Positions 1 to 9,300 of a stretch of DNA of 26,450 nt are shown here, one piece after another (positions within the stretch are counted from its first letter, which is position 1; each line of letters starts with the position of its first letter). The translations under genes were made by a program, and so were the position numbers. Source of the stretch: a virus (taxonomy: Duplodnaviria; Caudoviricetes); the IMG/VR virus record IMGVR_UViG_3300037280_000023, positions 1 through 26,450 of that record; one strand, 5' to 3'. Below the pieces are notes generated by a model. The model was not told where the DNA came from. It was given only the letters and a program-made list of their open reading frames with translations, and made no database searches.

Positions 1-1
1 C

Positions 2-175
2 ATGCGTCTGGTCGAGGTCATTGGCTCTCCCGAGCAGGCCAAGGGTCGGCGTGTGATCGTGCTGCGCAAGAGCAGCTTCGACGGCATCAAGGGCGTGGCT
101 TCGCTTGCCGACGACGGCAGCATCGGCCCCCCCTTCATGTTCGAGGCCCTGTCCAAGCAGTATTACCCGGGCTGA
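2..175 (+). CDS. hypothetical protein (probably truncated at the 5' end by the window edge)
   Basis: Open frame read by hand from ATG at 2 to TGA at 173-175 (MRLVEVIGSPEQAKGRRVIVLRKSSFDGIKG...QYYPG), GC3-rich codons, abuts the next gene; absent from the ORF track (57 aa). Confidence 0.6.
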   Translation: MRLVEVIGSPEQAKGRRVIVLRKSSFDGIKGVASLADDGSIGPPFMFEALSKQYYPG

Positions 176-176
176 C

Positions 177-374
177 GTGTGCTTCCTAGACAGTCTCGGC
201 TACGCCGAGCTACGCGCAACTCAAGTGGCTTGCCTGGAAGCGGGTAAGCCACTTGACACATTCGTCGTGAAGTTGTACGATTGGTACATCGAACAGAAGA
301 AGAAGGGCTACCACAACGGCGGCAGCTTCTTCGACCAGCGTACCTTCGAATGGGTGTTCTGGATGTCAAAGTAG
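177..374 (+). CDS. hypothetical protein (65 aa)
   Basis: 3' part of ORF 105..374; GTG at 177 lies 1 nt after the upstream stop; aromatic-rich, protein-like sequence. Confidence 0.55.
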   Translation: MCFLDSLGYAELRATQVACLEAGKPLDTFVVKLYDWYIEQKKKGYHNGGSFFDQRTFEWVFWMSK

Positions 375-389
375 CACAAGGAGAGGCTC

Positions 390-758
390 GTGAAGCTCAG
401 CGACATTCTTCCGCGACTCGGCCCGGTCATTGGGTTCAGCAGCCTTCTCGGTGCTCCCGGTAGCGTCAGCAGCAGGCAGGAGTTGAACCCCACGCTGGAA
501 CAGGCGCAGGCGCAACTCGACAAGGTGTTGACGGCGCAGCGCAACTGCCAGAGCGACTATGCCTATTGGGGCTACGAAGGCCAGAAGGCATACTGGCGCT
601 GCCTGGTGGACCTGTGCAAGGCCGCTGAGATCACCGGTCCCGACAACCTGCCGGACGTCGCCCTTCCGAAGCTGGAAGGCCAGATCGTCATGAGCGCTTG
701 CGGGAACATGGAGTCCTTCGGTCGTGCGGTCTTGGCTGCGGCCAAGGCGACAGCATGA
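390..758 (+). CDS. hypothetical protein
   Basis: AAGGAGAGG Shine-Dalgarno before GTG; phage-like codon bias; ATGA overlap with next gene. Confidence 0.75.
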   Translation: MKLSDILPRLGPVIGFSSLLGAPGSVSSRQELNPTLEQAQAQLDKVLTAQRNCQSDYAYWGYEGQKAYWRCLVDLCKAAEITGPDNLPDVALPKLEGQIVMSACGNMESFGRAVLAAAKATA

Positions 759-961
759 AGCTCTACGTCATTCACAAGACCTGGGTCAATTGGGACGGCT
801 GGCCAATCAGTGGCCCGGAAGTCCTCAAGGAGCCCACGTTCCTTGACAAGAAGGCAGCCTGGGCGTACTGCGCTGAGCAGTCGCGCCTAGAGGAACGATC
901 CGCCAGTAAGGCGAAGCACAGCTACTCAGCACACGAAGTGGAGGTCAATCTACCATCATGA
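755..961 (+). CDS. hypothetical protein (MKLYVIHKTW...)
   Basis: ATGA overlaps at both ends (755-758 and 958-961) indicate translational coupling; start moved from 698 in the ORF track. Confidence 0.7.
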   Translation: MKLYVIHKTWVNWDGWPISGPEVLKEPTFLDKKAAWAYCAEQSRLEERSASKAKHSYSAHEVEVNLPS

Positions 962-2151
962 AGGTCTACGGACAGAACGAGACGAACGCTCGCTTGCCAA
1001 TCAAGTCGTGGGCATCTATGCTCGACGACGGCGCGTTGGAGCAGGCGACCAACCTGGCCAACCTGCCATGCACGCAGCGCCACATCGCGCTCATGCCCGA
1101 CGCTCACCAGGGTTTCGGCATGCCCATCGGTGGCGTGATCTTCACTGACGGCGCGGTGATCCCGAACGCCGTTGGCGTGGACATCGGCTGCGGCGTTGCC
1201 ATCATGCGCCTCAACGGCATGCATGCAAGCGACTTGAACAAGGTGGAGTTGCGCATGCTGATCGACAAGATCGCTGAGCGCATCCCGACCGGGTTCTCGC
1301 GCCACGAGAAGGGCATGAACATGGACGCGGCTATCGCCTACATGGGCGAGACGTCTCGTGTTCTGCTCGACGGAGACGTTGACCCGGAGTGGTTCCGCAA
1401 CAGCCTCACGTCCCTGGGAACCCTGGGTGGTGGCAACCACTTCATTGAGGTTCAGGAGGACGAGGACGGTAGCGGGCTCTACATCATGCTCCACTCAGGC
1501 TCACGCGGCTTGGGCAAGGCAATCGGGGACTTCTACCACAAGGAAGCCGTCAAGCTCTGTGAGCGCTGGCACACGCCGCTGCCTACGAGCGACCTGGCGT
1601 TCTTCCCGTTGGGCGAGCCCATGCACGCGAAGTACATGAACGCCATGAACTTCGGGCTGGCCTGGGCAGAAGCGAACCGTAACCTCATGCTCGACGCGAT
1701 CAAGGAAATCCTTCGGGACTTCCCGTGTTCGCCTGAGGTTCTGGTCAACGTCCACCACAACTACGCGTCCTGGGAACACCACTTTGGCATGGACGGTGTT
1801 GTGCATCGCAAGGGTGCGATCCGTGCCCGCAAGGGTGAGACTCTCCTGATCCCGGGCTCCATGGGCACCGCGTCGTACATCGGCAAGGGCCTGGGCAACC
1901 CGGACAGCTACAACACGTGCCAGCACGGCGCAGGCCGCGCGCGTGGGCGCAAGCAAACAGAGCGCGAGTCTTCGGTCGAGGAATTGGCTGCGGACATGGC
2001 CGCTGCTGGTGTGCTCATGGGTGGCAAGGCAGCCACTGCCGTGGACGAGGGTCCGCGTGCGTACAAGGACATCGAACAGGTCATGCTCGACAGCGCTGAT
2101 CTGGTTCAGCCCATGGTGCGCCTGCGCCCTATCGGCGTAGTCAAGGGGTGA
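958..2151 (+). CDS. rtcB: RtcB family RNA ligase (3'-phosphate/2',3'-cyclic phosphate to 5'-OH)
   Basis: Full motif set: MPDAHQGFGMPIGG, AVGVDIGCG, LGTLGGGNHFIE, HSGSRGLG, HHNYA, HRKGA, IPGSMG, HGAGR (guanylylated His), DEGPRAYKDI, terminal VKG. Confidence 0.97.
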   Translation: MKVYGQNETNARLPIKSWASMLDDGALEQATNLANLPCTQRHIALMPDAHQGFGMPIGGVIFTDGAVIPNAVGVDIGCGVAIMRLNGMHASDLNKVELRMLIDKIAERIPTGFSRHEKGMNMDAAIAYMGETSRVLLDGDVDPEWFRNSLTSLGTLGGGNHFIEVQEDEDGSGLYIMLHSGSRGLGKAIGDFYHKEAVKLCERWHTPLPTSDLAFFPLGEPMHAKYMNAMNFGLAWAEANRNLMLDAIKEILRDFPCSPEVLVNVHHNYASWEHHFGMDGVVHRKGAIRARKGETLLIPGSMGTASYIGKGLGNPDSYNTCQHGAGRARGRKQTERESSVEELAADMAAAGVLMGGKAATAVDEGPRAYKDIEQVMLDSADLVQPMVRLRPIGVVKG

Positions 2152-2333
2152 GTGGCAACATCGTTTGCCCTTGGTGTGGCGACAGGTTCGAACTCCATAG
2201 CGAGTTGACGTGGCACTGGATCAACAATCCAGAGTGCAAGAAGAACCGCTACGCCAACTCACAGCTACAGGACAAGTACAACGTCACGGAGCGCGTGACG
2301 ACTGATCGCCCGATCCTCAAGGTGGTCAGGTAG
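2148..2333 (+). CDS. small zinc-finger-like protein
   Basis: GTGA overlap with rtcB; C-x2-C-x12-H-x6-C pattern (CPWCGDRFELHSELTWHWINNPEC). Confidence 0.65.
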   Translation: MSGNIVCPWCGDRFELHSELTWHWINNPECKKNRYANSQLQDKYNVTERVTTDRPILKVVR

Positions 2334-2337
2334 CAGG

Positions 2338-2387
2338 CAAACAAAAAGAAGCCCCGCCCTGACGGGGAGGAAACGTCAGGACGGGGC
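2338..2387 (-). terminator. intrinsic terminator of the virion/lysis operon
   Basis: On the - strand: GCCCCGTCCTGACG-loop-CGTCAGGGCGGGGC followed by TTCTTTTTGTTTG. Confidence 0.85.
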
Positions 2388-2406
2388 AGATGGATGTGAC
2401 GCATTT

Positions 2407-2445
2407 CGTCGGCATGGGTGCTACCTGTGCCGACGTTTTGTGTTA
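2407..2445 (+). terminator. intrinsic terminator of the rtcB operon
   Basis: CGTCGGCATGGGT-gct-ACCTGTGCCGACG followed by TTTTGTGTT. Confidence 0.75.
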
Positions 2446-3384
2446 TGCGGGTGGGCAGTAGGCCGTCACCTGGATCAGCACGTCCACGTCGGATGTGCAG
2501 TAGACGGTGATCCCGCCAGTCGCGTCGAGCCCCAACAGCGGATAGCCGTTGGTAACCGACTCGAAGGCGTTGATCATGCTGAGGTTGACGGGCACGCCAG
2601 TCTCAGGAGACAGGTGGACCCAGGCTCCCTTGACCGTGGGCAGTACCGCAGCTACGGCGAAGGCGACGAGCACGGCGTTGGCGGGGATAGGGCCAACCCC
2701 TGCGATCTGGAAGCGGCGAGGAACGCCACCTGCCAGACGTCCGCCGCCTGTGCCTGCCACGGAAACCTGCTTGGCGCGTGTGTCGTAGAGACGGATTGGG
2801 GTTACGGGGATCATGTCTGTGCCCTCCTTCGGGACGTACGGAACCGGACGCGGCTCCCATGCATAACGGGTAACGGAGCGCCAGTACGGATAGCCCCACC
2901 CGAACTTGAGAACGTCAGCAGCAGATACCCACTCGCCAACGTAGGAACCACGGCCTAGCGGGTCAACCCACCAGAACTGGTTGGTAGCTGGATCGTACGG
3001 TCCGATGTTGACCATGTGTCCAGCGTCGGCGGCAGAGCGCGGGCTCCAGCGCTTCAAGTGCGGAGTCAGGTTGCCCATCTGCCCGGCGATTACGCCACGA
3101 GCCTCCCCGGTCAGGGACGCCTTGAGCGCCTCCCACGTGCGCGGGATGGCGGCAGTATGCCCGAAGTATTCCTTGGTCTGCTTGTCCCAATGGCCGTACA
3201 GGGTGGGCGTTTCAGAGACGTGCCCTCCCGTCTTCTCGAACGCCTCGCGGTTGGCGTTATTCACCACCGTGGACGGCTTGGCGTACGCCCCCATGCGAAA
3301 CAGCGAGATCACGGCGCAGTCGCGCCAGTAGCGTTCATTCGTCTCCGTTAGGAATGCGGGCTCATAGGGTGGAACTCCAGCCAT
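2443..3384 (-). CDS. putative endolysin: N-terminal C39-like cysteine peptidase plus C-terminal PxRLxDTR-type surface domain
   Basis: Cys in RDCAV, His in AGHMV and Asp in VDPLG give a papain-like triad spacing; C-terminal PVTPIRLYDTR...FQIAGVGPIPANA...DVLIQVTAY; last gene of the late operon, after a membrane protein; AAGGAG SD. Confidence 0.65.
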   Translation of the reverse strand: MAGVPPYEPAFLTETNERYWRDCAVISLFRMGAYAKPSTVVNNANREAFEKTGGHVSETPTLYGHWDKQTKEYFGHTAAIPRTWEALKASLTGEARGVIAGQMGNLTPHLKRWSPRSAADAGHMVNIGPYDPATNQFWWVDPLGRGSYVGEWVSAADVLKFGWGYPYWRSVTRYAWEPRPVPYVPKEGTDMIPVTPIRLYDTRAKQVSVAGTGGGRLAGGVPRRFQIAGVGPIPANAVLVAFAVAAVLPTVKGAWVHLSPETGVPVNLSMINAFESVTNGYPLLGLDATGGITVYCTSDVDVLIQVTAYCPPA

Positions 3385-3399
3385 CGTAATGGCTCCTTT

Positions 3400-3891
3400 C
3401 TAGTGAATGCCAAGCAGGGACAGGCCCCACGTCAGATCGGCGTCTGTGAGGAACGCTACGACTGCCGCGAAGACAATGAGCATCATCTTCCAATTCTTGG
3501 TTACGAGTCCCTGTGCTCGTGTGAAGACTTCGTTGCGTCCCTCAGCCTTGGCCTTAGCCAGGCGATCAGCTTCGATGTGAGCTTCAAGGCCAGCCGTTCC
3601 CTTAGCGTCAAGCTCAGAGATACGCGTGGCGGTGTCTGTTCGAAGACTGCGAAACTCATCCCTCAAGTTGTTGAACGCTTCGAGCAGCCTCCCTTCCATG
3701 GCCAGAAGGTCGCCCTTCTGGTCTGCCTTCAACTGTTCCAAGTTGCGGCAGTTTTCCTCACGGTTGTCGCGGATCGCGCCGTAGAGGTCACGGAAGGTAA
3801 CACGCCCGCCGCTCTCGTACTTATCAGCGCCTGCCGCTAGGGCTTCGGCGTGGACTTCTGTGAATGGGGGCTCTGAGATAGGTTCCTGCAT
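3400..3891 (-). CDS. holin-like membrane protein (coiled coil plus C-terminal TM helix)
   Basis: Heptad-rich middle region, hydrophobic MMLIVFAAVVAFL segment; lies between fibre and lysin; GGAGG SD. Confidence 0.55.
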   Translation of the reverse strand: MQEPISEPPFTEVHAEALAAGADKYESGGRVTFRDLYGAIRDNREENCRNLEQLKADQKGDLLAMEGRLLEAFNNLRDEFRSLRTDTATRISELDAKGTAGLEAHIEADRLAKAKAEGRNEVFTRAQGLVTKNWKMMLIVFAAVVAFLTDADLTWGLSLLGIH

Positions 3892-4033
3892 TGGTTCCTC
3901 CAGGGGCGGCGTGTGACGCCCTAGGAAGCCCCAGGAGCGCCGGTTTCTCGAAGCTGGTGTAGGACACCAGTTTTGGATTTGCGTGCCTCTACGCCCTGCT
4001 CATGGAGCGCACAGAGGACGCTAGGGCTTGGGC

Positions 4034-5170
4034 CTAGCTCTTGATGATGTAGTTCAGCGCCAGGTAAGGCTGCAAGTTGTTGTGAGCGCCACCGCCACCC
4101 GTATTCTGGTTCGTCGCTGTGGTGGAGGTGATGCCCGTATCGGTTGTCTGTGTGCCCGAGCTACCGATGCGCCAGCCAACCGAGCCGCTGCCGAGCGTGG
4201 CCCCGTAGCCCTTCTGGTTGTGGGCGTGGGCGTCCTGGGTGTGGGTGTGGCTCGGCATTTCTGCCGATGTCAAAGTATGAGTCTCTGCGCCGCCCGTAGA
4301 TGCCAAAGCGTGGGACGCAGATACGCCCATGGGCACGTTGCCGCGCATATCTGGAAGCGAGAAGTGAGTCCCGTCAACAGAACCGTAGGTCGTGCCGATG
4401 ACGGAGAACAACGCAGCGTAGTCCGCACGTAGGAGTGAAGCGCCATTGCAGATTAGCCAGCCAGTGGGCGGCGCGGCGGCAGGCCATAGGTTGATAATCC
4501 CCGTAGGGTTGAGTTCTGTTGCGTCGTGAGTCGCCGCCGATCCCAGTCCGAGCGTGCCGCGCATTGTGGCAGCGTCCCCGTCGTCCAGCAGGCTTCGAGC
4601 CGCTGAGGTGAAGGTAGCCAGCGCGGCGGAACCGGAGCCCGTAAAGTAGGGCATCCTGTCGGCAGCGCTCACCAGGCCAGCCAGGGCTGTTAGCTCCGCG
4701 TCAAGGGTCTGATACGATCCATACGCCTGAGCGCCAAGCGTGGCCAATGCGTGGGCAGCATCCACATCGTCCAGCAGCGTCAGAATGAATGCGGAAAGCG
4801 CGCCCGGGCTGGTGGGGGCAGAGGACCCATCTCCAACCAAGATGCGCCCGCCTGTTAGGTCCCATGCGATCTTGGGGTAAGGCGTCTTCGGGAAGACCTG
4901 ATCAATGAACCGGGTGCCGCGCGCCTTGTCCATGCCGACACGCACGGCGTCGCCAGCAGCAGGGTAGAGCCCATTCGGCAAAGCGAAGTAGGCAGACGCC
5001 TTGGTAGGATCAGTCTCGCCGTAGAGGTAGGCAGACGCATAGGACCCGCTGTTCAGGAAGATAGTGCCGAAAGTGTACTCGACGCCTGCCCCTGACTGTG
5101 TGTTGCGGCTGATGCGACCGTCGATTACGTCAATGACGCGCGAGGCGTCGTTGTGGTTCATGCTTGTCAT
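4034..5170 (-). CDS. tail fibre protein with phage tail-collar domain
   Basis: GIINLWPAAAPPTGWLICNG...YAALFSVIGTTYG...FSLPDMRG collar motif; HxH motifs (SHTHTQDAHAH); HNNLQPYLALNYIIK end; two LLDDxDAA shaft repeats. Confidence 0.88.
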   Translation of the reverse strand: MTSMNHNDASRVIDVIDGRISRNTQSGAGVEYTFGTIFLNSGSYASAYLYGETDPTKASAYFALPNGLYPAAGDAVRVGMDKARGTRFIDQVFPKTPYPKIAWDLTGGRILVGDGSSAPTSPGALSAFILTLLDDVDAAHALATLGAQAYGSYQTLDAELTALAGLVSAADRMPYFTGSGSAALATFTSAARSLLDDGDAATMRGTLGLGSAATHDATELNPTGIINLWPAAAPPTGWLICNGASLLRADYAALFSVIGTTYGSVDGTHFSLPDMRGNVPMGVSASHALASTGGAETHTLTSAEMPSHTHTQDAHAHNQKGYGATLGSGSVGWRIGSSGTQTTDTGITSTTATNQNTGGGGAHNNLQPYLALNYIIKS

Positions 5171-6339
5171 TAGGCGATACCCACGGAGCGCTGTAGCTTG
5201 ATCATCAAACGGCTAGATGCCAGAGGCACGCTGAACGCGCGGATGATGTACTTGGTGTCGATGTGTGCGAACTCAGTCTCACGTACGGCGATGATGTCGC
5301 CGCCCTCGAAGGCGGGGTTGCAGATAGTGTCAAGGGCCACGTCCTCGATCACCTGCATGTTGTCCAGGTAGCGCTTGTTTGCGCACGCGTCTGCCTGAGC
5401 CTGAGTCGAGATTGTGTCGCTTTCGTAGTAATCCGTGCGGCGACCGAGCGACGTCACGTTCGTCGGTGAGGACGGGTTCGTGTCAGCGCGGTTGCTGACA
5501 ACAGTGTGGTTCTTGTCTCCGGTGCCTACTACGCAAACTGCGTTGCAAAAGCCCTCGTCCTTGTAGCCGGACTTCACCATCAGCAGGTTGTTGTTGTCGC
5601 CGGGATCGTACGTCCACACCACTGGCTGAGTGTTGGGGTTTGGGATTTCCGTGACAACGAACCTGCCTAGCGGGTCGAAGTAGCAATAGATGCCAAAGTT
5701 GGTGGCGAGCGTGGTGAGGACGTCCCCGATCAGATCGTTCCTCTCGATGGCTAGCCCTCCTGCGCCAAGAACCTTGGCAGCAGTTGCGCGTCCTGAGAAG
5801 TCGTCCATAACGAATTGCGTCACGCCTGCGATGGTCAGCAGGTCGGAAATGACAGTCGTGAATGCCGTGCCTGCGGCGTAGGACTTGGCGTAGCCAAGCT
5901 GCGCCTTAGCCAGCTTCTTCCATCCATCCGTGCCCTGCAAGTTGATCATGCTCATGTTGCGCTCGACCGTCACCTCAGCAGCGTCAAGGAAGAACGTGCC
6001 AACAGGCACAAGCTCCACGTTGCCAGGGCTGTATTCGATGCCGCGCTCGATGCGCACAAGGCGGTTCACGTAGAACATGCCCGACCACTGTGAGTTCGGA
6101 GAGAACTCCCCGTGGCTGTTGAGCATGTTGGCGGTGAAGGTACGACGAGCGCCACGGCTGATGTCAACATCAACCGACCCGTCGATTAGAATACCAGTGG
6201 CGTCTGCCGTGTAGCTGACGTCATAGAAGACGCCACCTGGTACGGGAGCGAGGTTGGTGTCAAGAACGGTCAGTCGCACTCGCATTGTATGAACAGGCGA
6301 CTTGATCGCCTGGATGAACGACGGAGTGATTGGCCACAT
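5170..6339 (-). CDS. minor tail / baseplate hub protein (DUF5047-like)
   Basis: Lies after the Dit-like gene; motifs VRIERGIEY..ELVPVGTF, YCYFDPLGRF, NAVCVVG, NPAFEGGDII typical of siphovirus hub proteins. Confidence 0.7.
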   Translation of the reverse strand: MWPITPSFIQAIKSPVHTMRVRLTVLDTNLAPVPGGVFYDVSYTADATGILIDGSVDVDISRGARRTFTANMLNSHGEFSPNSQWSGMFYVNRLVRIERGIEYSPGNVELVPVGTFFLDAAEVTVERNMSMINLQGTDGWKKLAKAQLGYAKSYAAGTAFTTVISDLLTIAGVTQFVMDDFSGRATAAKVLGAGGLAIERNDLIGDVLTTLATNFGIYCYFDPLGRFVVTEIPNPNTQPVVWTYDPGDNNNLLMVKSGYKDEGFCNAVCVVGTGDKNHTVVSNRADTNPSSPTNVTSLGRRTDYYESDTISTQAQADACANKRYLDNMQVIEDVALDTICNPAFEGGDIIAVRETEFAHIDTKYIIRAFSVPLASSRLMIKLQRSVGIA

Positions 6340-9300
6340 TTAGGCAACCTCGATCCATGAAATATCTACCTGTAGAGCGCCGCCGCCCTGGTACTTCTTG
6401 GCCGGTCCGGCGAACTCCACATACCACACGTCTCCGAATGGGGACTTGAGGATGTGCGGTCCACGGTTGTCGGTCAAGTAGCTCAGCTTGGTCTGCGCGT
6501 CAACCCGCTCAGAGTCCTTCCACAGGATGGTGAGCGAGCCTTCGCTGCCGAGCACCTTGCCGCGAACGATCACCTTGCGGCTCGTTCCCAGGGGCTCGAA
6601 GACCTCCTGCTGGATTGGCACGGTGTGGCTCTCCGCAGTGACAGGCAGCTCAAAGATGTGAGAAGCGTCTGCGCCAACCACAAACCAGACGTCCGACACC
6701 AGGGCAACAGTCACAACGTCAGAGTCAGGAGACTCAAGGTCGATGTCGCCAGCAACCTTCTTGAACGCGGTGACCTTGTACTGGTAGAGGACTTCCTGGC
6801 CAGCGGTGTAGTCGGTGTAGCTGTTTTGGCTGAGGGTCATTAGCTCAGTCAGGATGGTCCACGCTGTCGTACCATAGGCGCGACGGTAGACGCGGTAGCG
6901 GCTGAAATCCGCAGCCGACAGGTTCGACTGGTCCCACTCCAGCAAGATCGAAGATGTTTCCTCGCTGTTGGTTGGGGACAGGGAGCCCGGAGCGCCGGGA
7001 GCGGTCCATGCCGATGCCGTAGTCGTGGTGTAGACCGGGGAGGTCAGGCCATCAACGTCCCACACCTGAACTGACACGATGTAGCCCGTGTTGTTCTGGA
7101 GGTACCCGGCAGGTACGGCGTGGCTCGCAGAGGCGGAAGCCTGCTGCGTGCTGTCGTACATAGGGGCATTGTCGGCGGCGCGAACGACCTTGACACGGTA
7201 CCAGCCCTGCGCCTTGCTGCTGGCAGATGAGAACGACCACCCGGTCGTGAAGCCAGGGGCGACGATGGTGGCACCAGGGGTGCTGATAGCGGCGGTAGGT
7301 GCGTGGCTGCACGTGAAGACCACGTAGCTCGACCATGCGCCAACAGCGCTCTTTGAGTCGGTGTAGCGGAACCGGGCCTTGTAGGCTACGTTGTAGCTCA
7401 ACGTGCTGGCACCGGTCTTGGTTGTGCCGCCCTCACCCTCCTTGACGCTGTTGTTGCCCGCAACGAGAGACGTCTTGTTCAGGGTGAACATGAGCGTGCT
7501 GTCGCTGTTGCGGTAGACTTCAACTTCAAAGTTGGTTGGGGTGTCACCCCAGGCGCTCTTGTCCGAGTCCTCGAACACAGCGCTAAGGTTAGGAGTCAAC
7601 GTGTCTGCGATCACGGCCCCTGTAACGGGGACGAGGTTCGATGGAGAGCTAGGCGCAGCGTTGATGTGGAAGCCGCCCTTGGGGGCAACATCGCCAGGAG
7701 CGCCGGAAGCCTTGACATAGCTGGCCGTCCACTTATAGGACACACCTGCCACTAGAGCGGAACCCGCGTAGACCTTACTGAACGATGTGCTCGCGCCAGC
7801 GCTGTTGCCGCTGTCCCAAATCAACGTCACACCGTCAACAGCGTAGACGTACACCCGGAACGTGCTGATCACTTCACTCCCGAACGTCGTGCCAGTGAAG
7901 GTCGGCGTCAGGGTTGTCTGCCAGGAGTCGTTGATTGGGGCAGTCAGCGTAGGCGTGCCAGCGGAGTCCGTGATGAAGCTCTGTAGGCCGGAGTACCCGT
8001 TACCCCAGGTTGCGCCACCGTCGGAACTGACCTGGAGCTTCCACTTGTACGCAGTGTTCCACGTCAACGCAGTACCAGCGTAGGTGTAGTCCGTGCTTGC
8101 GCCGCTGGACACAGTGACAACGCCAGAGGCCCAGTGAGAGGTTACGCCGTCCGCCTTGTACACGATCAACTGGTAGCGGTTGTAGTTGGTGGCGCGGCTG
8201 AACATGAAGTGCGGGGTTAGCGTCGTGATCGGAGAGCCGAGCGGTGCGTTGCACTGCACATCGCCCGAAGACTGGATTGTGAAATCCTGCATCGCAGACC
8301 ACGCCGAAGTGCCGCCCGCGGAGCTTGTGACCACGGCCTGCCACTTGTAGTCAGTGCTCCACGCGAGCACAGGGCTGCCGGGGTAGGCGATAGAGAAGCC
8401 TGTGGAGGTCACGCCCGTTGTGAAGGTGCCTGAGTCCCACAGGAGCGTAGTGCCATCGTTAGCATACACGCGAACCTGGGCAGATGTCAAGGAGTCAGCG
8501 CTGGACGCGCGTGATCCGGTGAACGCCGGAGTCGGCGTCGTGACGATCCCGCCGGTAGGGAGCGGGCTGACGGGTACGCCCGCAGCGTGGGTTGTGAATG
8601 ACAGCGGAGAGCTAAACGATGCGCTCCATGCGCCATTGCTGTCCTGCGTCTTGGCCTTGAATGTGTACCCCACGCCCCACGCCAGGTCGGTGCCAGCGTA
8701 TGTCAAAGATAGCGTGGAGCGCGGCGTGCAGGTGACCTGGCCCGTGTCCCACATCGTAGCGTTGTCAGACGTGCGGGTAACCACAATCTGGTAGCCGTAC
8801 ATCTGGCTGTCGCTGGCGTCCGGGTCGCTGTGTGTTACATACAGGGTGGGCGTCAGCGTGTTCTCATCGGATGCCGTGCCACTGATGGAAACCCCGGGAG
8901 TGTTCGGCACTGAGTTGACCTTGAACCTCTGCAAGGCAGAGTAAGGCCCCCATGCGCCTGCGGTGTCGCAGGTACGAGCCTTCCAGCGGTAGAACAGATT
9001 GCCCGTGAGGGACGTGCCCGAGTACGCCTTCGAGAAGGTGGTAGCCCCAGTGGCAGACACGGCACCTGAGTCCCACTTCTGTGTGGTCCCGTCGTCTTCG
9101 TACAGAATGATCTCGTAACTTCCCATGGTGTCACCGTCGCCGCCATCGGCATGCGAACCGGTGAGGGTAGGAGTTAGGTTGTTGTTCAGGGCGTCCCCCG
9201 TGGGCGCTAGGCTTGTAGGGGCGAGTGGCGTAGTGTTTGTGGAGTAGTCAAGTACGATGTAGGAAGTGTAGCCGCCGACATGCCTGCTGAAAAACTCCAG

